A stretch of DNA of 64,000 bases from Octopus sinensis (taxonomy: Eukaryota). A program made the position numbers and the translations under genes. The notes beneath the pieces were generated by a model, which worked only from the letters and a program-made list of their open reading frames with translations, was not told the DNA's origin and made no database searches. Positions 23,528 to 37,601 of this stretch are shown here, in pieces. Each line of letters opens with the position of its first letter. Position 1 is the first letter of the stretch. Location of the stretch: positions 62,001-126,000 of the forward strand of contig NW_021836150.1 in assembly GCF_006345805.1 (NCBI RefSeq), in the 5' to 3' direction.

Positions 23528-24784
23528 TTTCAGTCATTTGACTGTGGCCATTATTTTCTTATAAATTAGAAACAATATCTTAGTAATTTTGTTTTGCTTG
23601 CTTATTATTTTATGTTTTAAATCCAATTTTTCATGCTGTTATTAGTCGGATAGCTTTAACAAATATTGATATTAGCATATTGTTGTCAGAGTAAATGATT
23701 TTACATGCCATCTTACCCTTAACTATTCAGCTGTGAACCTGCAATGATACTAATTATCAGTCAAGCAGAATATTGAAAGCGTTCTTTTGTGTTTTGCCTA
23801 CAGGCATATCAGAATAGTTAAAACAAGATTTGAAGTATTTGAAAACCACTGAACTTCTTCATTACTAGTTGCTGTTGTATGGTATCTACATGTATGAATG
23901 TACACATGTGAATGCTTGCCTAAGTATCTGAGCTATATTTTGTGTCTACTTTAACTTAGGTGCCATCATATTAAGAAAATTTCAAGCAACTCTTAACAGG
24001 GTTAGGACTAATACAAATTAGTGTGGAGAAATAACAAAGTAGTATAGTATATATTGACAGCATACTTGCAGAGAAAATCCTTCAACATTGTAAAGGTGAT
24101 AGTATTATCGCCAGAAGATCTGAACTGAGTATGTTATTAATAAGATATTACTGGTATCTTGACATAAAAGTTCATGCATTAGATATGTATTTTACTTTCT
24201 GAACTCAGATCATGCTATTATATATTTTTGCTTTCATCTCTATCTCTCTCTCTGATCAATAAAACAAATACCAGTCATATCAAAAGGTTGATTCAATATA
24301 CTGTATCTCTCCCTTGTAAACATGAGAAAATTCTTAAATTTTCACTGGAGTTGATAAAATAAATAATTTCTTAATTGTTACATTTATGAATCCCAGAATA
24401 AGATATTGCTTCTATTCTGATCAATTGTTAACCTTCAACAAAATACAATTATGACCCACACAAGAGTGTGACACCTAAATCAGTGATGATGCTGATATTA
24501 AAGATAAAAACATCTTCAAACGATACTTTTTTTTTTTCCTGACATGATGAAACTCGCCAGAAAATATTTGTTTGAAACACTCTTAAAAGATACATGAAAT
24601 TTTTGTTCAATGTTCAAACAACTCTACCTACAGCTTATGATATTTTAGCATGAACACATTTGCTAGTCCTTAGCATATAATCACCTCTTCACTTTCTCAA
24701 ATACTCACTCCACTTAGTCAAGGGGACTTTTCCCTTCTTCTTTTCTATCTTGCAAGTTACTTAGCAACCACACAAGTGCTGAAG

Positions 24785-25275
24785 GCACAAACAAAAAAGC
24801 ACCCAGTACATGCTGTAAAGTGGTTGGCATTAGGAAGGGCATCCAACCACAGAAAACATTCTAAAGCTGAAATGGCACATGACACAGCCCAATGATTCAT
24901 CTTATCCAACCTATCATCCAACTTACACCAGCTTAGAAAACAAATGTTAAATGATGATGGTGATGATATTGAAAGAATCATGGCATTATAACTGATTTTG
25001 CTGACATTACTATCATCATTATCATCGTTTAACATCTGCCTTCCATGTTGGCATGGGTTGGACGGTTTGATTAAGGACTAGCAAACCAGAAGGCTGCACC
25101 AGGCTCTAATCTGATCTACAGTTGGATGCCTTTCCTAACGCCAACCAGTTTGAGAGTGTAGTGGGTACTTTGTATGTGTCACCAGCACGGAGGCCAAGTC
25201 AGGCAGCACTGGCATTGACCATACTCAAATGGTGCTTTTCATGTGTCACTGGCACAGGAGGCAGTTGGGAGGCAC
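24785..25275. mobile_element. Two family D 3' ends tail-to-tail (24785-24968 on +, 25012-25275 on -)
   Basis: D core on both strands, with (GAT)n and (ATC)n tails about 45 bp apart. Confidence 0.8.
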
Positions 25276-25833
25276 TGGCATATTTATCATTATTATTATT
25301 ACTATTAACATAGTAGTTGAAAATATTTATTAAATCTTACTTATAACATATTCTTCATAATCAGACAGTACAAAATACTGGTCTACTCAAGTTGCCTAAG
25401 TTAAATAAATAATCTCGCCTCATGGAAACATTGGTACTTGTTAAAAGATTCCTCTTTACATGAAACCAATGGTTGCCTTGTTAACCAACAAATAATGAAT
25501 ATTTATCTACCAAAGTAGTGTTGAGCACCCATTTTCACTGTTTGACACCAGCATATATATATATAAAAATATATAAACATGCATGAAGAGCTTCTTTCAG
25601 TTTCTCTCAACCAAATTCACTCACAGGACTTAGGTCAGTCTGGGGCTATAGTAAAAAAAATATTTGACCAAGTTGCCATGCAGTGGTACTGAACCTGGAA
25701 CTATGTGGTTGAGAAGTAAATTTCTTACCACACAACCATGCCTGCACTTTCTTAACTATGTAGACACACAAGAAATAAAGCAAGTGTATATTTCTAATAC
25801 AATTCTGAATCACGATTTTTGTTGTCTAAGAAT

Positions 25834-26224
25834 TTTTTTTTTGGAAGCACTCTGTCGGTTACGATGACGAGGGTTCCGGTTGATCCGAATCAATGGAACA
25901 GCCTGCTCGTGAAATTAACGTGTAAGTGGCTGAGCACTCCACAGACACGTGTACCCTTAACGTAGTTCTCGGGGATATTCAGCGTGACACAGAGAGTGAC
26001 AAGGCCGGCCCTTTGAAATACAGGTACAACAGAAACAGGAAGTAAGAGTGAGAGAAAGTTGTGGTAAAAGAGTACAGCAGGGATCACCACCATCCCCTGC
26101 CGGAGCCTCGTGGAGCTTTAGGTGTTTTCGCTCAATAAACACTCACAACGCCCGGTCTGGGAATCAAAACCGCGATCCTATGACCGCGAGTCCGCTGCCC
26201 TAACCACTGGGCCATTGCGCCTCC
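25834..26224 (-). mobile_element. Young SINE family B with poly(A) tail and 11-bp TSD
   Basis: TGTCTAAGAAT at 25823-25833 and 26225-26235, with a T-run at 25833-25842 as the tail. Confidence 0.92.
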
Positions 26225-29200
26225 TGTCTAAGAATATTTCTTATCAAAGGACAGCATGCTTGAAATTGATATAATGAGAATTAAGAAATATGTATTTTCA
26301 AATAGTGGAAGTGTACCAACGACTGGTTTTTAAGAGAGAAAATGTTAAATGGCTTCTCACAATTTGTCGTTTATGAGCATAAACAATTTTTATACGTAAA
26401 TACTTAAGACTTCTCTCTTTCTCATTGACCACCAGTACAATTTTCTGAAAGCCAGATCTACAGAAAATGTATTTTCTTAGATCAAGTATTACTTGCTTTA
26501 CAAATATGAGTAAAAACAGTAATGTTCCTTTTACATTATCAATGACACAAGGAACAAGTTCTTCCTACTTAATTAATCAATTCACTGGTGCTATCTGTCT
26601 CTTATCACTTGGAGTAGAAATTGATTTGTAAAGCATTCCGTTGTAGTATCCATTGATGGAGTTCACTTTATCCCTTATATTTACTCTGGTGTACCTCGGC
26701 ATTTAGTTATGCTTCCCACAATTCTCTTTCTTTACATTCATTATCTTCTTGATTTGTAACCATACATACACCATCATAAACGACTACACCCTTCATTATT
26801 CTTTAGTTTTCAGTACGCGGAGGTCATTCTATCTTTTCATGTCACTTTAGAATTGTAAAGGTTTTGTAAAAAGAAACCTCAAAATACATGCTTCAATGGG
26901 TACATGGCATTATAATCTCTTTTAATGACACTAAAATAAACGATACAAATATCAAGCAATTTGTTATTTTGTAAGACTAAACCTAAGTATGCAAACTTCC
27001 ACAGCTAAAACATTAAAACTCACCAGAAATGCTGAACCTTACAATCCTTGACGATATCTCAAGATAACCAAACATCTATAACATTACAAAATATCATTGT
27101 TCAACTTAAATGGTAATGGCTAAGTTTCTTCTTCAGAACCGGAAAATACTTCAATTCTAGTTAGATAATGACCTTATACAAATCACCAGTGTGATTCATA
27201 TTAGAGTACTACTCATATATTAGGGAAGATATTGTTGCTTTTGCATGCTAAATAATCGTCCAAGGCTGTGAGCCTCTATGTGGTCACTTTAGCTATTAGA
27301 GATATTAATATATCATTCCTCCAATAGTCTAAGGAGAAGAGAGAGATATAGTAGTACTACTAGATATTTCTAAAAATACATGATGGTCATAGCTGAAGAT
27401 TGATCTGGAACTAAATAATGACAGCACTTTTAGAATACATTAAAAAATGTCATTTAGGAAATTGGTAAAAATTCATTCCCAAATGCACTATGACTGCATT
27501 CTTTTCTGTCTCTTTTAATGGCATATACTATTCTGAGAATGCAAACTGAATACTGCAGCTATCCAAAGCTCAAATAATATATGCCGTTTTCTCTACTTGC
27601 CACCTTTAGTCCCCATAGCAAACATATTTTTCTGTATTTCCATAACAGAACTATTTCCTATCCACATTTTCCCTTTGGCATCAAGCTACAGAAATTACAT
27701 GTAACAGTAACTGCACTGACTTCATTCTCAAAAGACCTGCAAATGCCATGAGCACAACCTTCTGCCTCAGATTATGTAAATAAAAAAGAGCAGTTATGTT
27801 GTTGACTTATTGCATCAGGGCGAACACTGCAATTATAATATGAAATAGTTTCAAAAGGTTTTAGCTGTCTTAGTTAGTAGCTGATAATAAGTAAATAAAA
27901 TTCTAATCCTACTAAATTTGTTTGTTCTTGTTTTATGAACTGACACTACAGACTATTTGAATGCATTATACAAAATTTTAATTAACTTGAATGAGTCTTA
28001 AAATAATATAGAAGAAGAATATTTTGCACAGAAAGATAAAAATATACTTAAATGAAATTTATCACAAAAAAAGTATCTGTATATAATCTGTAGGTTGGAT
28101 TAAGCGATAAACAAGAAAACCAATTTCATGTTAGATTACAAAACCCAAAATCAAATAAATGGGGAAAATATTATAATTGCAGTGTAGGATTATAAATGAA
28201 ATCCTTCATATTCTAAAAATAAGAAGACTGATAGACAATTGATCAGTCTGGAAAGATTGGAAATCAGTTACTATATATATAGATTTTACACACAGCCTAC
28301 ACTGTACACACCCTTATCAGCTGTTGGCTGGAGAATGTGATTTTAAAACCTTCTGATGTAAGTTAAAAGCTACAAGTACACAACCAAATTGAAAAATGTG
28401 CTCCCTTACAGAGTTATAGTATTTAATATCAGGCTGTTTATTAAAAAAGAAAAATGAAGAAAATGATTATTAGGAGTATTCAGTATAAGCTATATAAGCT
28501 AACAGAGTGTTCCCTTAAGGCCAGATTTCACAAAGTAACAAAATGAGAGATAAAAAGAGGCTAGATTGTGTATCTGAAGAGTCTACATACTTAATCAGTA
28601 TAAATGAGCAGACAGGAATACTAGGGAACAATATAGCGTGTAGAAAATGACTGATATTTATAATTAAGGAATAGGATGAATGAATTAGGAATGCTTCTAG
28701 TTAGCTTAAATATTGTCACTGAAATATATGAAGATTAGACAGTAAGTTAATTAAAAAAGCTTGAACTGATAAAGTTACAAAGATTGTACAAGAGTCTGAG
28801 AGACACTAAATATTTCAAGATAAATAAGTAAAGTGGTAGACAGCAATAACAAATCAAATTTGTTGAAAAGCTGATATGCGAGATGACTGGTATATTAAAG
28901 GCATTGCTCTTAATAAATTAAGATTGACATAGGTAATTAAAGATAGTGAAAGTCATGATTTAAACAGGGATGATTTGAAATAGTGAAGAATATAAGGAAA
29001 TTAGTGATGTTTGCAAATAATAAGCAGAAAAAGTTTGTAAACCAGAAAAAATTATTTAGCCATGAAAAGGAGAAGTTAAAGTAAATTTTTCCCACAAACA
29101 AAGATCTTGTCTAAAGATGAACATTATGTTTCATGAAAGTGACATGATGAAGACGAATGTATCCAAAGTTGCTTCCTCTATTTTCCAGAAAAATGAAAAT

Positions 29201-29674
29201 ATTTTTCACTGATTATAATCATTATTTTTAATACATAATTACTTATAGTAGACCTTTAATGTTTTATGCATTAAATATACTAATTCTAATTTGCATAGTT
29301 AAAATTTTATAAATTAGGTACCTAGATTAATTTGAGTGTAGGAGCTAGTTTCTTTAAAATTTTAAACAAGTTAAAAGACTTTTTGCTGTTATTGACAACT
29401 AAATATGAAAAAGCAATTACTTCTACTTGAAACATAAAATGCACATTAGACTAAAATTATTATAAAATCATTATTAATTATTATAACAGGCCCATATTCT
29501 TTACCAGATTGCTAACCAATTTTTATATATTCTTGAATATCTAAATTCATTTGCCCTCAATGAATCCAACTTCCTCAAAACAATGATGTTAGTAAAGTTT
29601 TAGAACATAAAGCACATACCCTAAATATTTACCAGTTCTCTACAACACTCTAAATGGTCAATCACAGCATAGAG

Positions 29675-29893
29675 CAGTGCTTTTCAAACGTTTTGCTGGA
29701 GCAGAACCCCAAGGAAACATTCCACTGGCTCGAGGAACCCCTGTGCAATAATTTAATAGTCTTATGCACACATATCTGCACAGGAGAATTAAAAATTACT
29801 GCCGATTTTAGCAGTTTTGTAACTTCTCGCGGAACCCCTGGACTGTACTGGCGGAATGCTAAGGTTCTGCGGAACCCTGGTTGAAAACCACTG
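29675..29893. mobile_element. hAT (Charlie-like) MITE, 219 bp
   Basis: TIRs CAGTGCTTTTCAAAC and GTTGAAAACCACTG. Exact 8-bp TSD GCATAGAG at 29667-29674 and 29894-29901. Confidence 0.92.
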
Positions 29894-30894
29894 GCATAGA
29901 GGATTGACAACAGCATGTCAGCTAACTGTAGCAGCTTTTAATTAGTTCAGTTAGTTGTGCTAAAAAATTGCTGTTGATTCTAAACAACACTGAAGTGATT
30001 ATTTTGCTAAAAAACAAAAAACAAAGAAAAAAATCAAGTGTATGATGAACCCATCCCATGAAAATAAATATAAAATCAATGTTAGTATATTCTGAATGAG
30101 AAAATCATACGATAAGTATGAACTAAATGGCATAGCACATTGTAGTTGTTTCTTTGTTTCACAGAGCTAAGATAAGTTGGAGCAATCAAAGATAGTACAG
30201 CTTTTCTTGAATCACAGCACAATGCAGAAAATGTGCTTGGAGACATGTAAACTGTTAGTTTATGAGTTATATATTAGCACTTCAGTTTTAATATCTCAAC
30301 TGTTATGATTGTTTAAAAAAAAATTTCCATAATTTTCATTTTGTTATCAATATATCTCATTGAAAATATTTAGTTCTTGCATGTCAGGATTGTAAAACTT
30401 AATCGGCTTACCAGAAATAGGAACCAATATTTTGACTGCAAGTGAATGTTTGTAAATATTGTCACTTCCAGAATAAAAAAAAATAAATAACTACTAATTT
30501 TTCATAAGTTTTAGTCATCTGGAGCACTCTATGGATATCAATTTACACAACTTATTTATTTACAATTTAAAACATTAAATAACAAAAACATATTTTAAAA
30601 ATTTTACACACAAAACAAATATCGCTGTTACATAATCTTGATTTATTTATAATACAACCATATTAAAAACTCAAATAACTGAAAGGACAACCAAAGATGA
30701 AAACGGATTTCTTGTTGAAAATATTATCTTCTGATGTAATAAAATTCAATTAAATTTTGTATCAACTGCAATATCAATGAAAACTAAATATTTGTGTATA
30801 TGTGTGACCATGTATGCACACATATATATGCATGTGCATGCACACACACGTATGCACATACATGCATACACACACACTTCACATGCCTATAATC

Positions 30895-31108
30895 TTTTCT
30901 ACTGTAGGCTCATGACCTGAAACTTTGGGGGAGGGGTTAAGTTGATTACATCAACCCCAATGCTCAGTTGCTACTTATTTCATTGACACTAAAAGGATAA
31001 AAGGCTAAATTGAGCTTGGCAGAATTTGAACTCATAATGTTCAGATGGATGAAATGCTGCTAAGCATTTTGCCTGGTATGTTAACAGTTCTGCCAGCTCG
31101 CTGCCTTG
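30895..31108 (-). mobile_element. SINE family C, short-tail form
   Basis: Core AAAGGATAAAAGGCTAAATTGAGCTTGGCAGAATTTGAACTC, ending CTGCCAGCTCGCTGCCTT, which is the reverse complement of the head. Confidence 0.8.
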
Positions 31109-31764
31109 AAATATCCCTTTTCTCTTGCACTCTAAATCTGATTCCTTTTATATCAGTTTTTCTATCAGCTCATTTGTACTTCATCATTGATGTAGACTAG
31201 CATTACACATCCAGTGATGTATTTTCTCTTCATTCTTTTCTAGTCTTTGCAAATACTCTGCATTCAAGGCTCAGGTCTTACTACTATGCAGAATGATACA
31301 ATCACATCGCATACATCATTCAATCTGCCTTTCACTCTAAGAGAAACTCTCCTTTATTGTCAGGAGTGGTGATACCTTCTTTGTCTTTTTCTGGCCTGTT
31401 CTTACTCTGGTTAATGTATGAGTACATGTATGTACATGTGTACGTCTGAGAGAGAGAGAGAGTGTGTGTGTGTGTGTGTGCATGTGTGTGCGTGTGTGTG
31501 CATGCATGTGTATAAGTGTGTGTGCTATAAAGGATTTAAGTGAGGCTTCAAGTTTTCCTAATAGTGTATTCAACTGGTCAAATAAATCATTTTGGCCATT
31601 GCGAAGATCTACGATATAGTAAATTTAATAAATGTATAATTTTACTCTAATTTAAATTTTGAATCTCTCCACCCATAAATGTCATTATTCTTAAAATGTT
31701 TATAAAATATGAACCCAGACATTAATGTGCATGTGTAGACATTTAACAGTAAAAATATAAGTTA

Positions 31765-31960
31765 ATCCTTTCTACTACAGGTGCAAGGCTTGAAATTTGG
31801 TGGGAGGGGATAGGTCATTTACATTGACCCCAGTGTGTAACAACTGGTGATTAATTTATCGACCCCAAAAGAATGAAAGGCGAAGTCGACCTCAGTGATA
31901 TTTGAACTCCAAACATAACGGCAGATGAAATACTGCTAAGCATTTTGCTCAGTGTGCTAA
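31765..31960 (-). mobile_element. SINE family C, short-tail form, head truncated
   Basis: ATCCTTTCTACTACAGGTGCAAGGC...GAAAGGCGAAGTCGACCTC...GAACTC. Confidence 0.8.
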
Positions 31961-32374
31961 AAAAATATCAGTTAATAATGGCTTCTATTGCACAAGAAAA
32001 TAGATGCTTTTAAACATCCTATTAATACTTAGAGAATATGTTAAGGTTATTAAGTACTTGGTGTAATATGTATACAAATATTGATAAATATTCTTACAAA
32101 TAAAGAATGTAATCTGGAAAATGATAACTTTTTATTTGGCTATTTACATAAAATGTATTATTTTATGAAATCAAAATTGCACTAAACGTTTACGAGGCAA
32201 ATATTACATCTGGTCTCAGAAATAAAGTATATGAAGAGAATTCAATTTACTTATAGCTTTCTGAATGTTGGGCCAAAATAATAATTGATTCATGTGATGT
32301 GAACAAATACAAGGCTGGAGGGGTGGGTGGGGGTGGAATAAGCAAAAGGAATGTCACAAAGATCGTCATCATCA

Positions 32375-33470
32375 TTTAATGTCACTTTTCTATGCTGGCA
32401 TGGGTTGAACAGTTTGACAGGAGTTGGCAAGACCAGAAGCCACATCAGATTTCATAGTCTGTTTTGGTATGATTTCTACAACTGGATACCCTTTCTAATT
32501 CCAACCACTTTACAGAGCGCACTGGGTGCCTTTCACGTGGCACCATCACAAGTGCTTTTTATCATGGTATCGTCAACAGTACATTTTACATGACCCCAGC
32601 ACTAGTGCTTTTCACACAGCACCAGCAATGACAGGGTCATGAAGTACCTTAGAAGACAAAACCCCCTCAACTGGGAGGGGAAATTGTACTGACTGACGGG
32701 GCACGCAATTTGAGAGATTTAAGGTATAGAGGAGAGAGATATGTGTCTTACTGTGGAATAGACACATGGATACTCCAGCTAGAAAACAAAAGAGGGTTGG
32801 AGAATAAGATGAAGGGAGTGATAGTGAGAGAAATGATGACAGAGATGTGTTGGAACATGCCCACAAGGGACATTAGAGGTAGTGAGAATAGGTGAGGTGA
32901 TACAGAGGCTTGAGCTACGTGAGTGGGCAGGATGAGGTGACTGTAGCAAATGATGGAGAGAAGCATAGGAGAGGATTGGAGGTGAGAGTTATAACAGATA
33001 TGTGAGGGCACTGAGGGTGATAGCAAGCAAGTAAGGAGTTGATGATGAAAAGGAGCACAAGGAGGGGAGAGAAAATGCAGAAAGGAGGTGGGAGAAGAAG
33101 GTAACTGGTAGGAAGGAGTAAAGGTAACTGAGAAAACCAGGGGTTGTAGTATGTGTCTATTCTGCTCTCAAGTGTTAGAGGAAGTGGTGGGTGTTAGGGA
33201 ATGAAATGTGAGTGGGAGGGAGAGAAGGTTGACAGGACATTACCAAGGTGGTTTTAGCATATCCTTTGTAAGGCTCAGTGTTTTGAGATGGGCCATCAAT
33301 ACTTCATCCCGTGTCTTTCTGGGTCTCCCTCTTCCACAGCTTCTAGCCACTTAAGTCATTGGCACTTCTTTATGCAACTGTCTTCATCCGTACCAATCAC
33401 ATGACCAAACCAACACGATCTTCTCTCTTGCATACTGCAACTAATTATTCTCATGCCTAACCTTTTTAGG
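32375..33470 (-). mobile_element. RTE-like LINE: ORF C-terminus (about 33270-33470), long pyrimidine-rich 3' UTR and family D end
   Basis: The minus strand reads LGMRIISCSMQERRSCWFGHV (about RRLRWFGHV). Hairpin units at 32520-32620 and the D terminus at 32375. Confidence 0.75.
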
Positions 33471-36400
33471 GTTAAGCTCAATCATCATTATTTATATTCC
33501 TCAGTCAGTAGAAAGAAGAAAAAAGAGAAAGAGGAAAGTTTTTTATTTACTATCTTTGACAAAAAACTTGACACATTTCTCAATGATTCATAGAAATTGA
33601 CTGCTTTGTTATTCAAAATGAGTATTTCCTCTCCTCTCTATTACTTTCCTAGTCAAGTCCATTTGACACCTAGTTTTCTATATTGCCTCTTTATAGTTCC
33701 CTGAAAGCACCATATTTTCACTCCTTCATGGCATATTCTCATTTCTTTCTTGGTTATCATTGTCCTCAATTTTGAAGGTCCTTGGAATGTTTCCATACTG
33801 TTTCCAGGGCATCCTTTTCAGGGAAAATAACTTTACTTTCACTTAAATTCACAAAATTGACTAAGGTATTGGTTCTAATAATTATCTCCTACTTTTTAGA
33901 GTGTTTACAATTTTTACCACGTTCTAGCCATGCTTATTTCAATTTTTTTATTTCTGTTATTTATTGTTTCACCTGAAGAGGAACGAGTTGAAATTACTTA
34001 AATCTAGAATTCTGATGTTCCTAGCAGCTATTAGGTTTTTGCAACTAAGCTATCTGCTTAGACATTTTATGTATGAATAAGCAAGAAATAATAATTCAGT
34101 GTAAAAAAGTTTGATGTAGTCCATACAGTTTAGCTGCAAACTTACAATGAAACATATTTCCCCTGGCAACATTAAGGAATTCTGTTGTCAGCAGATTTAA
34201 TTTGGGATAAGAAACCCACTAAAATTTATGCTGTTGTTAGCAAAAATTGAGAAACTTTTCCTGGTCAGTCATTCTTTACAAAGCAAAAAACCAGTATGTG
34301 TTATAAAATTGTGTTAATATGTTCAAATGTGTATCTCACTTTCTAACCAAATAGGTAATCTAATTCTGAAGAGCCATACAGCCAGTTCTTCTCTGTTGCC
34401 TTCAAGATGTAGGGAAAAGTGTCCTCTAAGGCCATGCATAAACATTACAATATTCCTAATGAAATTAACAGATGGTTTTGAATTCCCAGCAGTTAACCAT
34501 ATTGATTATTATTGTACAAAAAAATGATGATTGCAATAACAATAAAACAGTTATTAATAATAATAATAAAACCAATAACAATAATGACAATAGGAAATGA
34601 AGGAAATAATAAATATAGCAAGAAGAATGAATGTCTTACATTCTGGTGCCATGGGAAATTCATCACAATTCTAAAAATAATTAGTAACTAAGTCGTGGAG
34701 TTCTTTCATTGTTATTATCAGCTGATGACTAGACACAATGCTCTTTCGAAAAGAAGATAAAAATATGTTTGGACACTGGCATATAAAAGATATAATAGCC
34801 TCTGTTTCTTAAATGGTCTTCGCTCTCTCTAATTCAATATACAACTTGTTTCTTATTACTAACTCTCTTTGATTCTATCTTTCTATTAACAGTTCATAGC
34901 TTTTTTTCTTATTTCTCAAGCCATCAAACCACTTGCCGGTTTCCAAATTCGGTTGTATTTACAAGATGACTTCTACATTTCATCTCTCTCTGATTCTTAA
35001 CGAATTTATGCACATTTTGTCTCTATACCAGCACTTATTAGATTTTTTTCTGAATTTGTAGATAATTTCAGGAGAGATTTAAAGTAAGTGTATTTTTAGC
35101 AATGAATATTTTCCTCGGTAGCAAATGCTTGTTTGTAAAATAGAAAGGTTATACATTTCATGTAAATTGATAAATTCATTTACTCAATAATGTCTCAGAA
35201 AACAATTTTATAATTATTGTGGAATACTGAAAATAGAATACAATTTTGTGAAAAAGGTTAATCAGTTAATAACTCTATTATTGAATATTATAAAGTTGTC
35301 ATCACTTTATTTCTGAAGAGTAGATACGTCATAATTAGATACACATTTTGCGATATATTCCTTGAATTATATATCATTTAAAGCAATCATCTTACTTAGG
35401 CATATCAGAGAGTTTTAATTTACCTTGCTCTCTGGATGTATAAGTAAAACATATTGCACATAAAATAGATTCAGTAATATAGAATAGATGTCTAGATAAG
35501 AAAAATGTTTTTTAGCAATTAACATAACTATGGAGATAAGTAATTATTTGTAACAAGTATTTTGTCAGGTAGAATAAAATTTCAATCCCATTTTATAGGC
35601 ACAATAATTCTTATATATTTTTCTATCATATTCGCGAGCCAATTGATTAGACTTAGACAAATATAAGCCAAATCTCCCTTAAATAAAAACAGATACATAT
35701 GATAATGTGGTGGGGTGGTATACAATTCCTGATATGAATATAGAGACAGTCCTGTTTTTGAACATAAAGTCTGTTCAAATTGACTGGTTTGGGGCCAAAA
35801 AGCAAAAAACAACTAATACTTCTAATACTTTCTTAATTCAAAAGAATAGTAGACAATAATTTTTCTCTTTATAAAAAATAAATTTACAAAATACATACAT
35901 GAAGAAAATATATAAATACATATATATATATATAATGAATAAAATCATGCAAATATATATACCTTTATGTTATTAGTAAGTATATTTATAAGCTATTTCT
36001 GTATTTTTACACATTCCATAATAAATCTATATGTATGAATGTATGTGTATTGAATACTTAATCATATGAACATGACATTGCTTCAGGTATGGCTGAAGGC
36101 ATTCATAATGAGAAATATTTATAGCAAACATGAAAGAAAAGTATTCTTATAAAGATAAAATAGAAGAATTGATTTAAGAAATTAATATTTTTCGAAGTTA
36201 TAAAATGATATAATTTAAAAATAGAATATATCGAGCAAATATTGATATTCATATTTGAATATCTCTAAAATATGATAAATTTTTTTTTAAATAATGCTTT
36301 TATATAATCTTTGACCAGAATTTCTATGCAGTATTTCTTCTGAAAAGTTATTCAAAATATCAAATTTGAAAACTCAACAAGAAATCATAGGATGTGAACC

Positions 36401-36664
36401 ATATCTATCACTTGCATCATGAATTAATATCGAATCCTCTATGTTGTCATTTGACCTGGTAGATATGACAGCCAAATCCGTGTCAACTCCTTGTTATCTT
36501 CGGGCAAAGCAAGACGCAATGCAATGTTTAAAAGAAAGATGGCATGGTCAAAACTGGACTGCTGTGAATATAGGTTTACATTATCAGAATTAACTTGGGA
36601 TTAAGTAACAATAACAGCTATGTGTAACACATCAACATACAAGAGAATAGCAAAAACTTTAAAC

Positions 36665-36720
36665 ACTTGTCCAACCCATGCTAGCATGGAAAGCGGACGT
36701 TAAATGATGATGATAATGAC
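36665..36720 (+). mobile_element. Minimal family D insertion
   Basis: TCCAACCCATGCTAGCATGGAAAGCGGACGTTAAATGATGATGAT. Confidence 0.8.
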
Positions 36721-37579
36721 AGCAATATATTGAAACTTATCTTCAGTGCTGTTGCTCACCTCACAAATTTACAATAACCTGAAACTATTTTTATTCAGTA
36801 TGTAAGTAATGCATCACAGGTTAACTTTCATCTTAATACTTTAGAAATATGTTTATCCAAGCACTGTACATAATTATGCACACAAAAATATATGTGTATA
36901 AGTGTGCATGAATGTAGGCATCAATGAGCAGCTAATATTACTTTACATTTGCTTTACTGAGAGACACTATGATACACTATGTTATATCATGATTGGTGAT
37001 TCCGATGCATGGTTAGTGACCACTGTATTGAAAAAAATGAACAGCATGGCATTGGACTTTTATCTAGGTATGCAGAGTATGGCCATTATAAATACTTACT
37101 TTCACCAGAAGAAGTGACGTAAAACTACATAGATATATCTAAGGTCCAAGCAGTAGCATCCTACTGACTTCAAAATAACCAGACAAATAGATTTCAAATA
37201 TGTGTTACTCACCCGTTTATGAGAACTGAACATTGGAAAGACCGTTGTATAACACAAAGGTTAGATTGCATGTGTCCCCTTTCAAACACCCAAAAGTCTA
37301 AATAACAAGTGGCTCAATTGCAATAAGATTCACTGTTCTGTTAAATATAAGGACTTTGCCACTCCCTCTTCACTTCAGAGGTTGGTATGAATGACAAATA
37401 CTTTTTCTTAAGTTAATGATGTTACTGAAATGATCATACTCAAGATTCAAAAATGTGAACTCCAGCTCAATTAGCAGGCTCATTGACAAAATGTACAAGA
37501 TATACAAGTAACTCTTTACAATTCCCATCACTCACTAAATAGATAAATTCAAAATAAGGCTTAAAGCACCATGCTCAGC

Positions 37580-37601
37580 AAAAAAAAAAAAAAAAAAAAA
37601 A
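37580..37601 (+). repeat. Poly(A) tract (A22)
   Basis: Directly visible. Confidence 0.95.

Noticed and set aside
27024-27075. Possible 52-nt exon (AG...GTGAGT) reading MFGYLEISSRIVRFSIS
   Set aside because: No similarity to an Ig domain or signal peptide; such splice-site pairs are expected by chance in 64 kb.
28500-29200. Purine-rich stretch suggestive of a decayed transposon ORF
   Set aside because: No diagnostic motif or terminal repeat could be identified by eye.
37213-37298. Possible exon ending at a GTGAGT donor
   Set aside because: The open frame lacks Ig motifs and has mismatched phases.
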